NCBI GenBank assembly: GCA_965237715.1
Contig: CBDEGM010000002.1
Location: forward strand, 565,836-629,835
Source: Acidobacteriota bacterium
GTDB taxonomy: Bacteria; Acidobacteriota; UBA6911; RPQK01; CBDEGM01
Direction of reading: 5' to 3'
Length of the DNA: 64,000 nt
Shown here: positions 32,151-42,570 of the stretch, one piece after another
How the letters are laid out: each line of letters starts with the position of its first letter
How positions within the stretch are numbered: the first letter of the stretch is position 1
Program-made: the position numbers and the translations under genes
The notes under the pieces: model-generated
Told to the model about the DNA's origin: nothing
Databases searched by the model: none
The model's input: only the letters and a program-made list of their open reading frames with translations

Positions 32151-33098
32151 ATGATCAAGTTCAACCTGGATAAGAAGGTCAAGCTTTCCTTTTATGAGCA
32201 GATCAAGGGACAGCTCTTTTCCGCCATCTACTGTGGCAAGATCAAGGAAGGCGAACGCCTTCCTTCCATGAGGGAGCTTTCAGAAAGTCTTGACGTTAAC
32301 TACAAGACCATCCGCAAAATCTACGTCCGCCTGGTCCAGGAGAACTATCTTGAGGTCGTCAAGGGGAGCGGAGCCTTTCTCAAGGAGAGGGGCGGGGGGG
32401 ATGATTACGAGCAGATGCGCCGGCGGGCCATTTTCAAGCTGCTGGGCGAGGCCTCAGAAAAGGCCCGCAGCCTGGGTGTTCCGCCAGACAAGTTTGTGAG
32501 ACTTCTAGCCAACTATTCGACAGGAAACAATTTGAAAAGGATTCGTCTTGCTGTGGTGGACCACGAAGAAGAGGCATTCATATTTTCGCGTGAGTTGAGG
32601 ATGCGCCTACGTGCCGATGTCTTTCCGGTTTCCCTTTCTCAGATCGAAAACGAGGATTATGCGGGACAGCTTGCCAAGAGCGACTATATCTTGACCACCA
32701 GCTGGCATAGAGAGGAGGTTGAAGAGCTAGCGCGCCGATATCATAAGGAAGTGATTGAGATAAAGCCCAGCCATGAAATCTATACTGAGATTCTGAGCGA
32801 AGCCCGGCACCGAAACATTGCCATCGTCATCCAGGATGAGCGAACTCTGCATGCCTCCTGGGACATCTTCATGAATATCTACCATCCTTCTACCGACAAG
32901 AAATTTTGGATCACCCCGATTCATCGAGCGGATCTCATCGACAAGATCATTCGAGAAGCCGATCTAATCTTCGTTTCACCCATGTGCTGGGATGAAATGC
33001 GGAAGCGAACCCCTAGCGACAAGGAACTGAAGACCTACCAGAATTTCATTTCCGACGAGACGATTGACTCTCTCAAGGAGCTTCAGTTGCTCGGGTGA
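32151..33098 (+). CDS. GntR-family transcriptional regulator (YtrA-like wHTH plus a C-terminal domain)
   Basis: YEQIK...GERLPSMRELS..LDVNYKTIRK..GSGAF. Confidence 0.85.
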   Translation: MIKFNLDKKVKLSFYEQIKGQLFSAIYCGKIKEGERLPSMRELSESLDVNYKTIRKIYVRLVQENYLEVVKGSGAFLKERGGGDDYEQMRRRAIFKLLGEASEKARSLGVPPDKFVRLLANYSTGNNLKRIRLAVVDHEEEAFIFSRELRMRLRADVFPVSLSQIENEDYAGQLAKSDYILTTSWHREEVEELARRYHKEVIEIKPSHEIYTEILSEARHRNIAIVIQDERTLHASWDIFMNIYHPSTDKKFWITPIHRADLIDKIIREADLIFVSPMCWDEMRKRTPSDKELKTYQNFISDETIDSLKELQLLG

Positions 33099-33110
33099 CG
33101 GAGGTGGCTC

Positions 33111-34145
33111 ATGGGAACCCTCTCCGAAAACTACATTCGCTCCCTCCCCAAAGCTGAACTGCACGTGCATCTGGAAGGATCTGTCAGTAGAGAGCTGTTC
33201 TTGGAGTTAAGCCGGAAATATCAGACCGAGTATCAGAAACTGAGTGTTCGGCAGGTGGGGGAGGAGCTTTTTCGGTATCGGGATTTCTCTGCTTTCCTTC
33301 AAATCTACAAAGTGGTTTGCGAGCACCTTCGCGAGCCTGATGACTGTGTTCGAGTTCTTGATTCTCTGGCCGAATCTTTTGCAGCGCAGAATATCCGCTA
33401 CGCAGAAATCATCTACACTCCTTCCATCCCTTGGAAGCTGGGGAAAGATGCGGAGAGGATGCTGACAGGGCTTTTGGACCGCAGCCAGGAGATCGAAATG
33501 AGCAAGGGAACCAAAATCAGATGGATCCTGGATTGTGTTCGGCAGTGGGGGACGGGACCGGCCCAGTGGACTGCTGAGCTGGCCTACAATTTCCGGTCTC
33601 GCGGGATCATCGGCCTGAGCCTCGGTGGCGACGAAAACTCCCTTCCAATGGAGGTGTACAAGGATGTTTTTTCCTGGGCTAAGGCCCACCAGCTTCACGT
33701 GCATGTCCATGCCGGTGAAATTGGAGAACCTGAGCAGGTGTGGGACGCGGTGCGCGTCCTTGGGGCAAATCGCATTGGCCATGGAATCCATGCCGCGCGG
33801 GACCCCAATGCAATGAAATATCTTCGCGAACATGCCATAACGCTGGATGTCTGTTTGACCAGTAATGTGGAAACCCATGCCTGGCGGCGTATATCGAGAC
33901 ATCCGTTTCAGCTTCTCTATAAAAGAGGAGTTCCGGTCACCCTCAATACCGATGATCCGGGACTCTTTCAAACTTCTCTCAGCGCTGAGTATATGAAGGC
34001 AGTGCGGTTCCTGGGTTTGGGACGAGAAGATGTCCACCGCGTGATCCTTCAAGGTGTCCAGTCCTCGTTTCTTCCTCATCAGGACAAGATGGCTTTGATG
34101 CAGCAGTTTCAGGACGAGATCCACCGGGTGAGCCGTGCAGGCTAG
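33111..34145 (+). CDS. add: Adenosine/adenine deaminase
   Basis: LPKAELHVHLEGS, HAGE, RIGHG, LNTDDP. Confidence 0.9.
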   Translation: MGTLSENYIRSLPKAELHVHLEGSVSRELFLELSRKYQTEYQKLSVRQVGEELFRYRDFSAFLQIYKVVCEHLREPDDCVRVLDSLAESFAAQNIRYAEIIYTPSIPWKLGKDAERMLTGLLDRSQEIEMSKGTKIRWILDCVRQWGTGPAQWTAELAYNFRSRGIIGLSLGGDENSLPMEVYKDVFSWAKAHQLHVHVHAGEIGEPEQVWDAVRVLGANRIGHGIHAARDPNAMKYLREHAITLDVCLTSNVETHAWRRISRHPFQLLYKRGVPVTLNTDDPGLFQTSLSAEYMKAVRFLGLGREDVHRVILQGVQSSFLPHQDKMALMQQFQDEIHRVSRAG

Positions 34146-34241
34146 GCAAGAACAGAGCCGTGGCTATGTCCTGCTGCCGCGCTTGGGTCCATCAGCGGCA
34201 GCTTGATCCTCCGCAAATGGTTGTGACAAGATTGGTCTCGC

Positions 34242-35951
34242 ATGGACTTGTCGAAGCACGACGTTCTCATTGTGGGAGGTGGGGCAGCGGGTCTGCGTGC
34301 GGCAATCGCAGCCGCTGAGGCAAGCTCTAGCCTGGACATCGCGATAGTTTCCAAAGTGTATCCCATGCGCAGTCACACCGTGTCCGCGGAAGGAGGAACG
34401 GCCGCTGTCTTGCGGGAATACGACAATCTGGATCTGCACGCGTTTGATACCGTCCGTGGGAGCGATTACCTCGCTGATCAGGATGCAGTGGAGCTTTTTG
34501 TAGAAAAGTCACCCTCGGAGATCATACAGCTTGAACACTGGGGTTGCCCCTGGAGTCGCGACGTGGATGGCAAAATCGATGTGCGGGCATTCGGTGGAAT
34601 GAGTGTAAAGAGAACGATCTTTGCCGCCGACAAGACTGGTTTTCACATGCTGCACACCCTCTTTCAAACCTCCCTGAGGTATCCTCGAATCAAGCGTTAC
34701 GACGAATGGTTCGTCACCTCGCTGCTGGTTGAAGAGGGAGCCTGCTCGGGCGTGACGGTCCTGGATCTTCACAGCGGCCAGGTGTCAGCCATTCTCGCCA
34801 AAGCTGTTTTGCTCTGTACCGGAGGTTGCGGCCGAATCTTCCCCTTTACCACCAACGGCAGCATCAAGACGGGAGATGGGATGGGCATGGCCTTTCGAGC
34901 GGGCGCGGCGTTGAAAGATATGGAGTTTGTCCAGTACCACCCGACTGGACTGCCGGGCACGGGAATCCTCATCACCGAGGCCTCGCGTGGAGAGGGTGGA
35001 CACCTGGTCAACAAGGAAGGGGAGCGATTTCTGCAGCGGTATATTCCCGGCAAGATGGAACTTGGACCGCGCGACATCCTCTCTCGCGCCATCATTACAG
35101 AGATAGAGAAAGGCCGCGCTTTTGAGGGGCCCTATGGAAGCTATGTTCATCTGGACCTGAGGCATCTGGGAGAAAGGTTGATTGATGAGAAACTCCCCTT
35201 CGTGCGAGAGCTTTCGATAAAGTATGTCGGAATCGATCCGGTTCGTGAACCCATTCCGGTGCGGCCGGTTGAGCATTACATGATGGGCGGTGTGAGCACG
35301 GACACCCGTGGTCAGACGCTTCTTCCGGGACTGTTTGCAGCGGGTGAAACCGCTTGCGTTACCATCAACGGAGCCAATCGCCTGGGCTCGAATTCCTTGA
35401 GCGAGTGTCTGGTTTTCGGTTGCCTGAGTGGGCATGCCGCGGCACAGTACGCCCTGGAGCAGGAATCGGCAGCCTCCAACCCACTGCAGCTTTTGGCGGA
35501 GGAAGAGCAAAAGCGGATCGACAGGGATTTCTTGAAAAAGGAAAAGGGTACGGAGCGAGTCAGCAAACTTTATGAAGAGATGACCTCGGCCATGGAGAAT
35601 GGGTGTGGGGTCTATCGGACAGGGAAAGGTCTGGAGGAGACCCGCGAAGCTCTGAGAGAGCTACGGGAGCGCTTTTCCAACCTTCTGATTGATGACCGAA
35701 CCCGGGTGTTCAATACTGAGCTGACAGCCGCCCTGGAGCTTGACTTTATGTTGGAGCTGGCGCTGTGTATCGCTACCAGCGCGCTGGCCCGAAGGGAGTC
35801 GCGAGGGTCTCAGGCTCGCCGGGATTTCCCCGAGCGTGACGACGATCAGTTTCTTCACCACACGCTAGTCTACACTGCGCCGGGAGAACCTCGCCTTGAG
35901 CAACAACCGGTAAGCATCACGCGCTGGCCGCCGCAGGAAAGGAAGTACTGA
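34242..35951 (+). CDS. frdA: Fumarate reductase/succinate dehydrogenase flavoprotein
   Basis: [16 protein letters not shown] covalent-FAD motif, [16 protein letters not shown]. Confidence 0.9.
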   Translation: MDLSKHDVLIVGGGAAGLRAAIAAAEASSSLDIAIVSKVYPMRSHTVSAEGGTAAVLREYDNLDLHAFDTVRGSDYLADQDAVELFVEKSPSEIIQLEHWGCPWSRDVDGKIDVRAFGGMSVKRTIFAADKTGFHMLHTLFQTSLRYPRIKRYDEWFVTSLLVEEGACSGVTVLDLHSGQVSAILAKAVLLCTGGCGRIFPFTTNGSIKTGDGMGMAFRAGAALKDMEFVQYHPTGLPGTGILITEASRGEGGHLVNKEGERFLQRYIPGKMELGPRDILSRAIITEIEKGRAFEGPYGSYVHLDLRHLGERLIDEKLPFVRELSIKYVGIDPVREPIPVRPVEHYMMGGVSTDTRGQTLLPGLFAAGETACVTINGANRLGSNSLSECLVFGCLSGHAAAQYALEQESAASNPLQLLAEEEQKRIDRDFLKKEKGTERVSKLYEEMTSAMENGCGVYRTGKGLEETREALRELRERFSNLLIDDRTRVFNTELTAALELDFMLELALCIATSALARRESRGSQARRDFPERDDDQFLHHTLVYTAPGEPRLEQQPVSITRWPPQERKY

Positions 35952-36025
35952 ATGGACTGGCCACCTGTAAAGGCAGCGAGCACGACCGGCAACCAGTGAC
36001 CAGTGACCACCTTGAGGAGAAGTTG

Positions 36026-36766
36026 ATGGATGAAGTGACCATCACCGTGGTGCGCTACAACCCGGAACGGAGTTCTAGTCCCTATCCCCAAACCTACACC
36101 ATCCCCTATCGGGAGGACATGGTGGTGCTGGAAGCCCTCAACCATATCAAGAACCATATTGACGGGAGCTTGACCTTCCGCTGGTCCTGTCGCATGGGCG
36201 TGTGCGGGAGCTGCGGCATGATGGTCAATGGTGTACCCAAACTGACGTGTGCCACCTTTCTGCGTGACTACCATCCAAAGCCCGTCGAAGTGGCTCCGCT
36301 TGCCCATTTCCCGGTGATTCGTGATCTGGTCATTGATATGACTGATTTCCTGCAAAAGCTCCAGTCCATGAAGCCATGGATCATCCGCGGAGAAGAGAAG
36401 CCGATTTCCGAGGGAGAATTCTTGCAAACGCCGGCTCAGCTCAGTGAGTTCCGGCAATTCAGCATGTGCATCAACTGCATGCTGTGCTACTCGGCCTGTC
36501 CCGTTTATGGGCACGACCCCAGTTTTATTGGGCCAGCCGCCATCGCTTTGGGGCACCGATTCAACATGGACTCGAGGGATGAAGGAAGCAGCGAGCGAAG
36601 GGAGGTTATGGGCAGCCACGAAGGAATCTGGGAATGTACGTTTGTTGGAGAGTGCTCGGTAGTCTGCCCCAAGAATGTCGATCCAGCCGCCGCGATTCAG
36701 CGCTCAAAAGTAAGTTTAACCAAGGAATATATGCTTTCCATGCTCTGGCCTTGGGGGAAGAGATGA
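36026..36766 (+). CDS. frdB: Fumarate reductase iron-sulfur subunit
   Basis: SCRMGVCGSC, CINCMLCYSAC, CTFVGECSVVCPK. Confidence 0.9.
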   Translation: MDEVTITVVRYNPERSSSPYPQTYTIPYREDMVVLEALNHIKNHIDGSLTFRWSCRMGVCGSCGMMVNGVPKLTCATFLRDYHPKPVEVAPLAHFPVIRDLVIDMTDFLQKLQSMKPWIIRGEEKPISEGEFLQTPAQLSEFRQFSMCINCMLCYSACPVYGHDPSFIGPAAIALGHRFNMDSRDEGSSERREVMGSHEGIWECTFVGECSVVCPKNVDPAAAIQRSKVSLTKEYMLSMLWPWGKR

Positions 36767-37170
36767 GTTTTCAGCAAGGCAGAGCTTCCCGGGTGTACAG
36801 ACCTCGTCTCCCTGCCACCTGGTGGTTGAGGAACTGGAAATACTTTCTGTTTATGCTGCGAGAGGTCTCCAGTGTGTTCATTGCTGTTCTTGTGGTCATT
36901 TACATGGTGGGAATTTACCGATTCACCCAGGGTCGGAACAGCTATGAAGCCTATCTGGATACTCTTCAGACTCCCCTGTCTGGAACGCTGTTTGTCGTGA
37001 TTTTTCTCTTTTCTCTCTATCACTCCTTCACCTGGTTTCAATCGGCTGGCAAGGTTATGGTGGTGCGCCTGGGTGGCCGTACCGTACCTTCCCTCCTGGT
37101 GCTGCTCGCCAACTGTTTGGCATGGGCTCTAGTTTCCGGGGCAATATTTTATTTGATGGTGGCTGTCTAA
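36763..37170 (+). CDS. frdC: Fumarate reductase membrane anchor C
   Basis: ATWWL...FMLREVSS, HSFTWF, three TM helices. Confidence 0.85.
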   Translation: MSFQQGRASRVYRPRLPATWWLRNWKYFLFMLREVSSVFIAVLVVIYMVGIYRFTQGRNSYEAYLDTLQTPLSGTLFVVIFLFSLYHSFTWFQSAGKVMVVRLGGRTVPSLLVLLANCLAWALVSGAIFYLMVAV

Positions 37171-37172
37171 GA

Positions 37173-37523
37173 GTGAAGACAACCGATCCCTTTTGGTGGG
37201 CCCTCTTTTCGGCTGGAGGAACCGTGGCCGCTTTTGTGGTTCCCATTCTCGTGTTGATCACAGGCGTAGGAGTGGGCTTTGGATGGATTTCCTCAGAGGT
37301 GATCAGTTATGAGAGAACAGCCAGGTGGCTACAGAATCCGATGGCCAGACTTGCTCTTTTTGCTTTTATTTCTCTCTCCCTGTTTCACTGGGCTCATCGA
37401 TTCCGCTATGTGGTGGTGGACATGGGCTTGAGACCCTTGAAGGGGCCGGTTGCCCTGATTTGTTATGGAGCAGCTGTTGCGGGGACGGCGTTTACGGCAT
37501 TCCTGCTAGTTGCCTGCTTCTAG
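37173..37523 (+). CDS. frdD: Fumarate reductase membrane anchor D
   Basis: PFWWALFSAGG, HWAHRFR, ICYG. Confidence 0.85.
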   Translation: MKTTDPFWWALFSAGGTVAAFVVPILVLITGVGVGFGWISSEVISYERTARWLQNPMARLALFAFISLSLFHWAHRFRYVVVDMGLRPLKGPVALICYGAAVAGTAFTAFLLVACF

Positions 37524-37570
37524 TGTCCTGTCTCGGGGATAACATACCATTTGTTGGGACAGGACACTAG
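37520..37570. repeat. 51-bp CTAG-anchored miniature inverted repeat
   Basis: CTAGTGTCCTGTC ... GACAGGACACTAG, overlapping the frdD TAG stop. Confidence 0.8.
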
Positions 37571-37573
37571 CAC

Positions 37574-37900
37574 GTGGCGGCTTCCCGTGCGCCCAACTTC
37601 CTTTACCTCACGACAACGGGCCGCACCAGCGGTCAACCCGTGAAATCGAAATCTGGTTCACCCGGCATCGAGATAGGTTTTATGTAATCTCCTATTTGTA
37701 TGATCGGGCCGACTGGGTGAGGAATATCCAGAAAGACTCTCGGGTCCACTTCCGGGTGGGTGAGCAGAGCTTTGATGGTCACGGTCGCATCCTCGACTCC
37801 TCACGAGACCTCGATCTTTGTGGTGAGATTGAGCAACTTTCCGACGCGAAATATGGTTGGAGTGACGGCTTGATCGTGGAGCTGGCTCCGCAAGTGGCTA
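37574..37900 (+). pseudogene. Deazaflavin (F420)-dependent nitroreductase-family protein, frameshifted near 37638, 3' end running into a MITE
   Basis: LYLTTTGRTSGQP/(R)EIEIWF...ADWVRNI...KYG. Confidence 0.65.
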
Positions 37901-39827
37901 GCCTGCATTTCTCATCACTGCTCGTCACGAAGACACTCGTGTCAAGCGGCGGAAGGGCCGGCCTGGCAGCGTGAGCGGCGCCTTCGAGATCGGTGCGAAT
38001 CAACCAACGCTGTCCATCCCAATCCATTTGCACGGAACGTACTTGGGAGAGCTCGTGCATGAGCGTGGGCCAGGAAACCTGGACCTTTTTTCCGATCCAG
38101 ACACCGTTGCAAATCCACCTCCAGACGCAGGGCCAGAAAACAGGGCACAATGTGGCCCAGACTCGTATCATCCCGCTGGTGGAAGATGGGCCGCACTTCC
38201 AGGGTGGATTTCTCCTCCCGGAAGGTTCTCTCCACTCGCCACAGCGATTTGTAACTTTGGGCCACCTCCTCGGCCGACAATCCAGTGCTCGTCTTTAAAA
38301 CGAACTTCCCATCGAGCCGAGTATCGGCCTGGATCGCCTCCGGATCGATCTGAGCAGCTCCTTTTTCCATGCGAAGAAAACGAGCAAAGCCTCGATTGCC
38401 AAGGATCGCCTTGGGTCCCCGAGCCAAGGTCTCCTCCAGTTTTTCCACCAGCGCTTGCCGAGCCGCCGCATCCCTGCGGGCCTCCTCCGCATTGCGGCAC
38501 ACGATATAGCGTCGGTCCTCGACCCTCACCTCTTTGACCTCCAGGTTGCCGGCTACTTTGTGATAGCGTCCTGCGCGAGCGAGCACCTCCTGGGAGACTT
38601 CCTTCTGCCTTCGCATCCGACAACCCACAATGTAGTCAAACGGGGCTTTACGGTCCTCGGTGAGAAAGTCCAAAATCTTTGCAGAGATCATCCCCCGGTC
38701 CGCCACGATGATGACCCGGCGCACTTTCAAACGGGAGCGCAAAGCGCTGACGATTTTCAGCAAGGCCTTCGTATCGGCCGTATTGCCGGGAAAGAGCTCC
38801 CAGGCCACGGGCCAGCCTTGCCGGTCGACCGCCACGCACAGCACCATCTGGGGCAAGTCCGGGCGCCGCTCCCGGGAATAGCCCCGTCGCCGCAGCGCCG
38901 TCTCCCTCTCCCGATAGACGTAAAACGAGGTGGTATCTACAAAGAGCACATCCAATTGCTGGCCAAAAAGATCCCGGTCGCGGTCAAAAAGGGCCTTCTC
39001 CAAGCGCTCGCGCTCCTCGGCCAGCCATTGAACCGTTCGATACAGGTGTTGCAGCTCGATGGGCTCCAAGCCCGGGGATTGCACCGTCTTCACCCACTGG
39101 GAACCGAAAAGATCCGAGCCCGGGTGACAGAGCCGTTGCAAGGCCAAAGCAAAGACGACTCGCTCCACATCAAACTGAAATTGCCTTCCCTCGGCCAGTT
39201 GCCCCAGGATTTCCGGCAATCCCTGTCGCTGCCAGAGTCGACCGAAGACCAACGGCGGTCCCCACAGGCGCGTCTGGCAAGAATCGACTCGAGGAGCCTG
39301 AGCCGCAGAAAGGACGCGCAGGTTTTCCGAGAAGCGAGCCAGACTTCGCACGAGGCGATCCACTTGACCGTCGGCCGTGAGCAGACCCAAACGGCCCAGG
39401 TTGGCGATGACGCGATGTTTGGGTTTGCCCTGCTCTCGATAAGACTCTACGACCTGGAGATAATCATGGGGATGTTTCTTGTTGCCGCCACGCTTAATCC
39501 TAACAAAAATCGGGACATTATAAAACACATCCCCGACAATAAATCGCCTTTGTATGGCACTACAATTTCAACAAAAACGACCCGAAATCCACACAACTTA
39601 TTGATTTTACTCGACTTAATCTTTTGAATGCCCTTGAAACTGTCGAAGATCAGTCAAGCGGCGGAAGGGCCGGCCTGACAAGGCGCGCGACCGAGGCCCC
39701 CGCAGGCGTACTCGTGCAGTACGTCGAGGAGGCTGACGGAGCGCAACGCAGTCAGGACGGATGATTTCTTCACTTCGCTCAGGTGAAGGCGACGCCGATG
39801 CAGTAGAGCGGTGATGAGAAATGCAGG
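37901..39827 (-). mobile_element. Second MITE copy (inverted) split by IS1634
   Basis: 37901-37965 and 39654-39827 together match the reverse complement of 26902-27117. Confidence 0.88.
37966..39653 (-). mobile_element. IS1634-family element; transposase about 39528-37966, frameshifted near 38090 and 3'-truncated
   Basis: YLQVVESYR, FVDTTS, RRGYSRERRPDLPQ, VADRGM, DGKFVL, YKSLWRVERTFR; probable terminus CTGATCTTCGACA at 39653. Confidence 0.9.
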
Positions 39828-41024
39828 TTAGACCCCAAGTATGAGCTGCAGGCTGTCCTTCCAGGACAAAGAGAAGGTCGGCCGGAGGTCGGTTGCTACC
39901 CGTAGCGCTTTTGTGGCAAGACTGCGGTTTGAGGAAAGTGATCGAAGAACCCGACGCGCCAGAAAAGGATGACGAAAAGTCAAAAGGAGTGCCTCGGCAA
40001 GTTCATAAGAAGGCTGGAAGTAACGATTGCGCCGCTCGGTATAGACTCTGAGTTGCTCTTCCGACAATTGGTCTGCTCTAAGCCGATGCTCCAGCACTTC
40101 AGTAGCCAGCTCGGCGTCCTTTAGAGCAAGCGTTATGCCCTGCCCCGTTACTGGATCCACGGCGCCCCCAGCGTCGCCCACGAAGAGCAACCGGTCACCA
40201 TGGCAACGAAATAGACGGGATGCGAGCGGGCCGGTGGCCTGAATGGGCTTCCTGGGGGTCGGGTCCTGGAGCCGCTTCCGAAGCTGAGGGAAATGTTTCA
40301 AGCTCTCGAAGTATAGGTCGAAGAGAGAGGTCTGGACAGGAGGAGGCATAAAGAGAAGGAGCGTGATCAGCACTTGGTTTTCCCCCAGGGGCGCGACGTA
40401 GGCCTCCCCAATGGGGGAAGAATGGACTTCAACGACAGGGTGGCAGTCACGCAAATGAGGATAGTGGGTACGTAGCGCGAAGCGCCGAAAGCGAGGGGGT
40501 CTCCGCTGAATCCTAAACTGGCGCTGAAGTCTGGAACGGATTCCGTCAGCCGCGATAAGTACGCGGGCGCTGTATCGGTGAGGTCGATGGGAGCCATGCC
40601 CCTCGACCTCTACCCGGCCGGGGCCGACTTTGGCGCTGCTCACCCTAAAGGCTTCGCGAAGAATCACCCCCGAGAGCTTGCCAGCGTGCCTTGCCAGCAG
40701 CGAATCCAGTTTCAAGCGGGGAAGGATTACCCCTCGAGTGGTCGCCGAGACCTGGTTAAAGTCGAGTTCGAGCGCCTGACCGTCCCTTAAGTAGAATCGG
40801 ATGCCTGAGAAGGGTTGCGCTCCCTCTTCTTGGAGCTGAGGTAGCACGCCCAGCCGGTCGAGGAAGCGGACCCCGGCCGGCATCAACCCTTCTCCGCACA
40901 CCTTGCCGCGTGGGAATGTGGCTTTCTCCAACAAGAGCACGTGGTAACCACTCTTACCCAGCCAGGCAGCAGTGCTTGCCCCTGCCACACTGGCTCCTAC
41001 GATAATGGCGTCAAAATCAGTCAT
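39828..41024 (-). CDS. FAD-dependent oxidoreductase (geranylgeranyl reductase-like)
   Basis: IIVGASVAG, FPRGKVCGEG, IAADG, VGDAGGAVDPVTGQGI. Confidence 0.88.
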   Translation of the reverse strand: MTDFDAIIVGASVAGASTAAWLGKSGYHVLLLEKATFPRGKVCGEGLMPAGVRFLDRLGVLPQLQEEGAQPFSGIRFYLRDGQALELDFNQVSATTRGVILPRLKLDSLLARHAGKLSGVILREAFRVSSAKVGPGRVEVEGHGSHRPHRYSARVLIAADGIRSRLQRQFRIQRRPPRFRRFALRTHYPHLRDCHPVVEVHSSPIGEAYVAPLGENQVLITLLLFMPPPVQTSLFDLYFESLKHFPQLRKRLQDPTPRKPIQATGPLASRLFRCHGDRLLFVGDAGGAVDPVTGQGITLALKDAELATEVLEHRLRADQLSEEQLRVYTERRNRYFQPSYELAEALLLTFRHPFLARRVLRSLSSNRSLATKALRVATDLRPTFSLSWKDSLQLILGV

Positions 41025-41226
41025 GCTTGGTGACACGCTCGTAATTCGGTCTCTGGTGCCGGAAAACATAGGGTGAAAGAGTGGACCTGGCACCTAATTC
41101 GTCCACTCGGGAACACGCAAACCTCTCGGTATGCGTTTGTTGCTACTTCGTCTTGCCGAGTTGTTGGAGATCTCTTCTTTGAGGGAGTCCGACGATATTC
41201 CGATGATTGAGGCGACGAGCTGCGGA

Positions 41227-42108
41227 TCATGACGAAGGATAGATGATACGTGAATTCCGCGGGATGATTAGTGGCCGAGCACCATCTTCCGGGAATTGCG
41301 CTGCCCATTGGTCCGGATCGTAGTCCCTCTTGACAAAGCAAGCACGGTGAGAGGGCACGACATGTTTCAGCCCAATCCGTGTGGTCATCTTAACGCAGCC
41401 GTCAAAGAAGGGAAATTCTCCCTCTGTAGGATGATTGGTGAGAAATCCTATGTCCGGATTGTGTACGGCAACCCCACGGACAAGCTCAGTGTGCTCCGCA
41501 AAAGTGTTCATCGGATCACCGGAAAAGTAGAGAGTGGGCCCCTCAGTTTTGATGACATAGCCAAGATGTGTCACGTCAGGCGGAGCTATGTCTGCCTGAG
41601 GGTCGCCGCCGGGTAGTTTGGCATAGACGGCGTGCGCCGTAAGGCTCTTGAGGGGCATGGGTTCTCCCGCCTGAATCATCACTCTGTGATTGGCCCCAAC
41701 ACCGGTTTCTGAGCCGATCTGCCGGACGCTTTCTATAGGGCCAACAAAGTAAGCGTTGGGTGAAGTCTGCCAGATTCGATTGATGGACTCAGGACAGGTG
41801 TGATCTCGATGTGCGTGCGTCAATAGGACGTAGTCTGTGGGGAGTTGTGATTCATCCAGCGGCGGCTCTGTGTGGATAAACCTGTCCTCTGGACGTTGAC
41901 GTGGATAGTACGGATCGATTTGGATGATCGTCCCTTGCGAGTCTTTCACTGCAAAGGAGCTTTGCTCAAACCAGTGGATAGCCACTGCACCTTCTGGAAC
42001 AGCTAGACTTGCGAGTGGATGCACGGGAAGCCTCCTAATTTGTTCGACTATGACAAGCCATTCAACCAACGCATAGCGACAGGTTTGTCTGCATCCCAAC
42101 TGAGCCAA
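41227..42108 (-). CDS. MBL-fold metallo-hydrolase (UlaG-like); start uncertain
   Basis: WFEQSSF, IDPY, THAHRDH, YFSGD, VVPSH. Confidence 0.8.
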   Translation of the reverse strand: MAQLGCRQTCRYALVEWLVIVEQIRRLPVHPLASLAVPEGAVAIHWFEQSSFAVKDSQGTIIQIDPYYPRQRPEDRFIHTEPPLDESQLPTDYVLLTHAHRDHTCPESINRIWQTSPNAYFVGPIESVRQIGSETGVGANHRVMIQAGEPMPLKSLTAHAVYAKLPGGDPQADIAPPDVTHLGYVIKTEGPTLYFSGDPMNTFAEHTELVRGVAVHNPDIGFLTNHPTEGEFPFFDGCVKMTTRIGLKHVVPSHRACFVKRDYDPDQWAAQFPEDGARPLIIPRNSRIIYPSS

Positions 42109-42220
42109 TTAGGTGCCAGACTGACTCCTTAAGTCAACATTTACGGGCACGAGAGCGCAAATGCGAGCGTGTCACCTTTTTGCCGATTGCGCTAAACTGT
42201 AGGGCGAGGTTCGTTGGCGC

Positions 42221-42310
42221 GGAGGAGTGGCCGAGTGGCTGAAGGCGGCGGTCTTGAAAACCGCTGTACCGGCAACGGTACCGTGGGTTCGAATCCTACC
42301 TCCTCCGCCA
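42221..42310 (+). tRNA. tRNA-Ser(UGA)
   Basis: GGAGGAG/CCTCC acceptor stem, anticodon loop CTTGAAA, long variable arm, GTTCGAATC, encoded CCA. Confidence 0.97.
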
Positions 42311-42570
42311 CCCACTTATCTCGTTGATATTACTGCGTTATTCTCAATTCTCTAACCAGATTTGTCTTCAATTTTCAGGCGTTTACGGGCACTTTGGCAA
42401 TGGACCTCCATTGAAAGAGACGCGTCGTTGCGGTGTGGCGCGCCGTTTCTGCGCCATCGTCTCCCGAGCCCTTTTCAGTGGTCCGTCTTTTCGACGTCCA
42501 AAACGGTTGACGCAGCTCTCTACGACCTGCATCCAGCGACAGAACCGGCCGGCTTACGATGGATCAGAGG

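Noticed and set aside
34242-37523. frdABCD as a novel system
   Set aside because: Standard four-subunit fumarate reductase/succinate dehydrogenase operon
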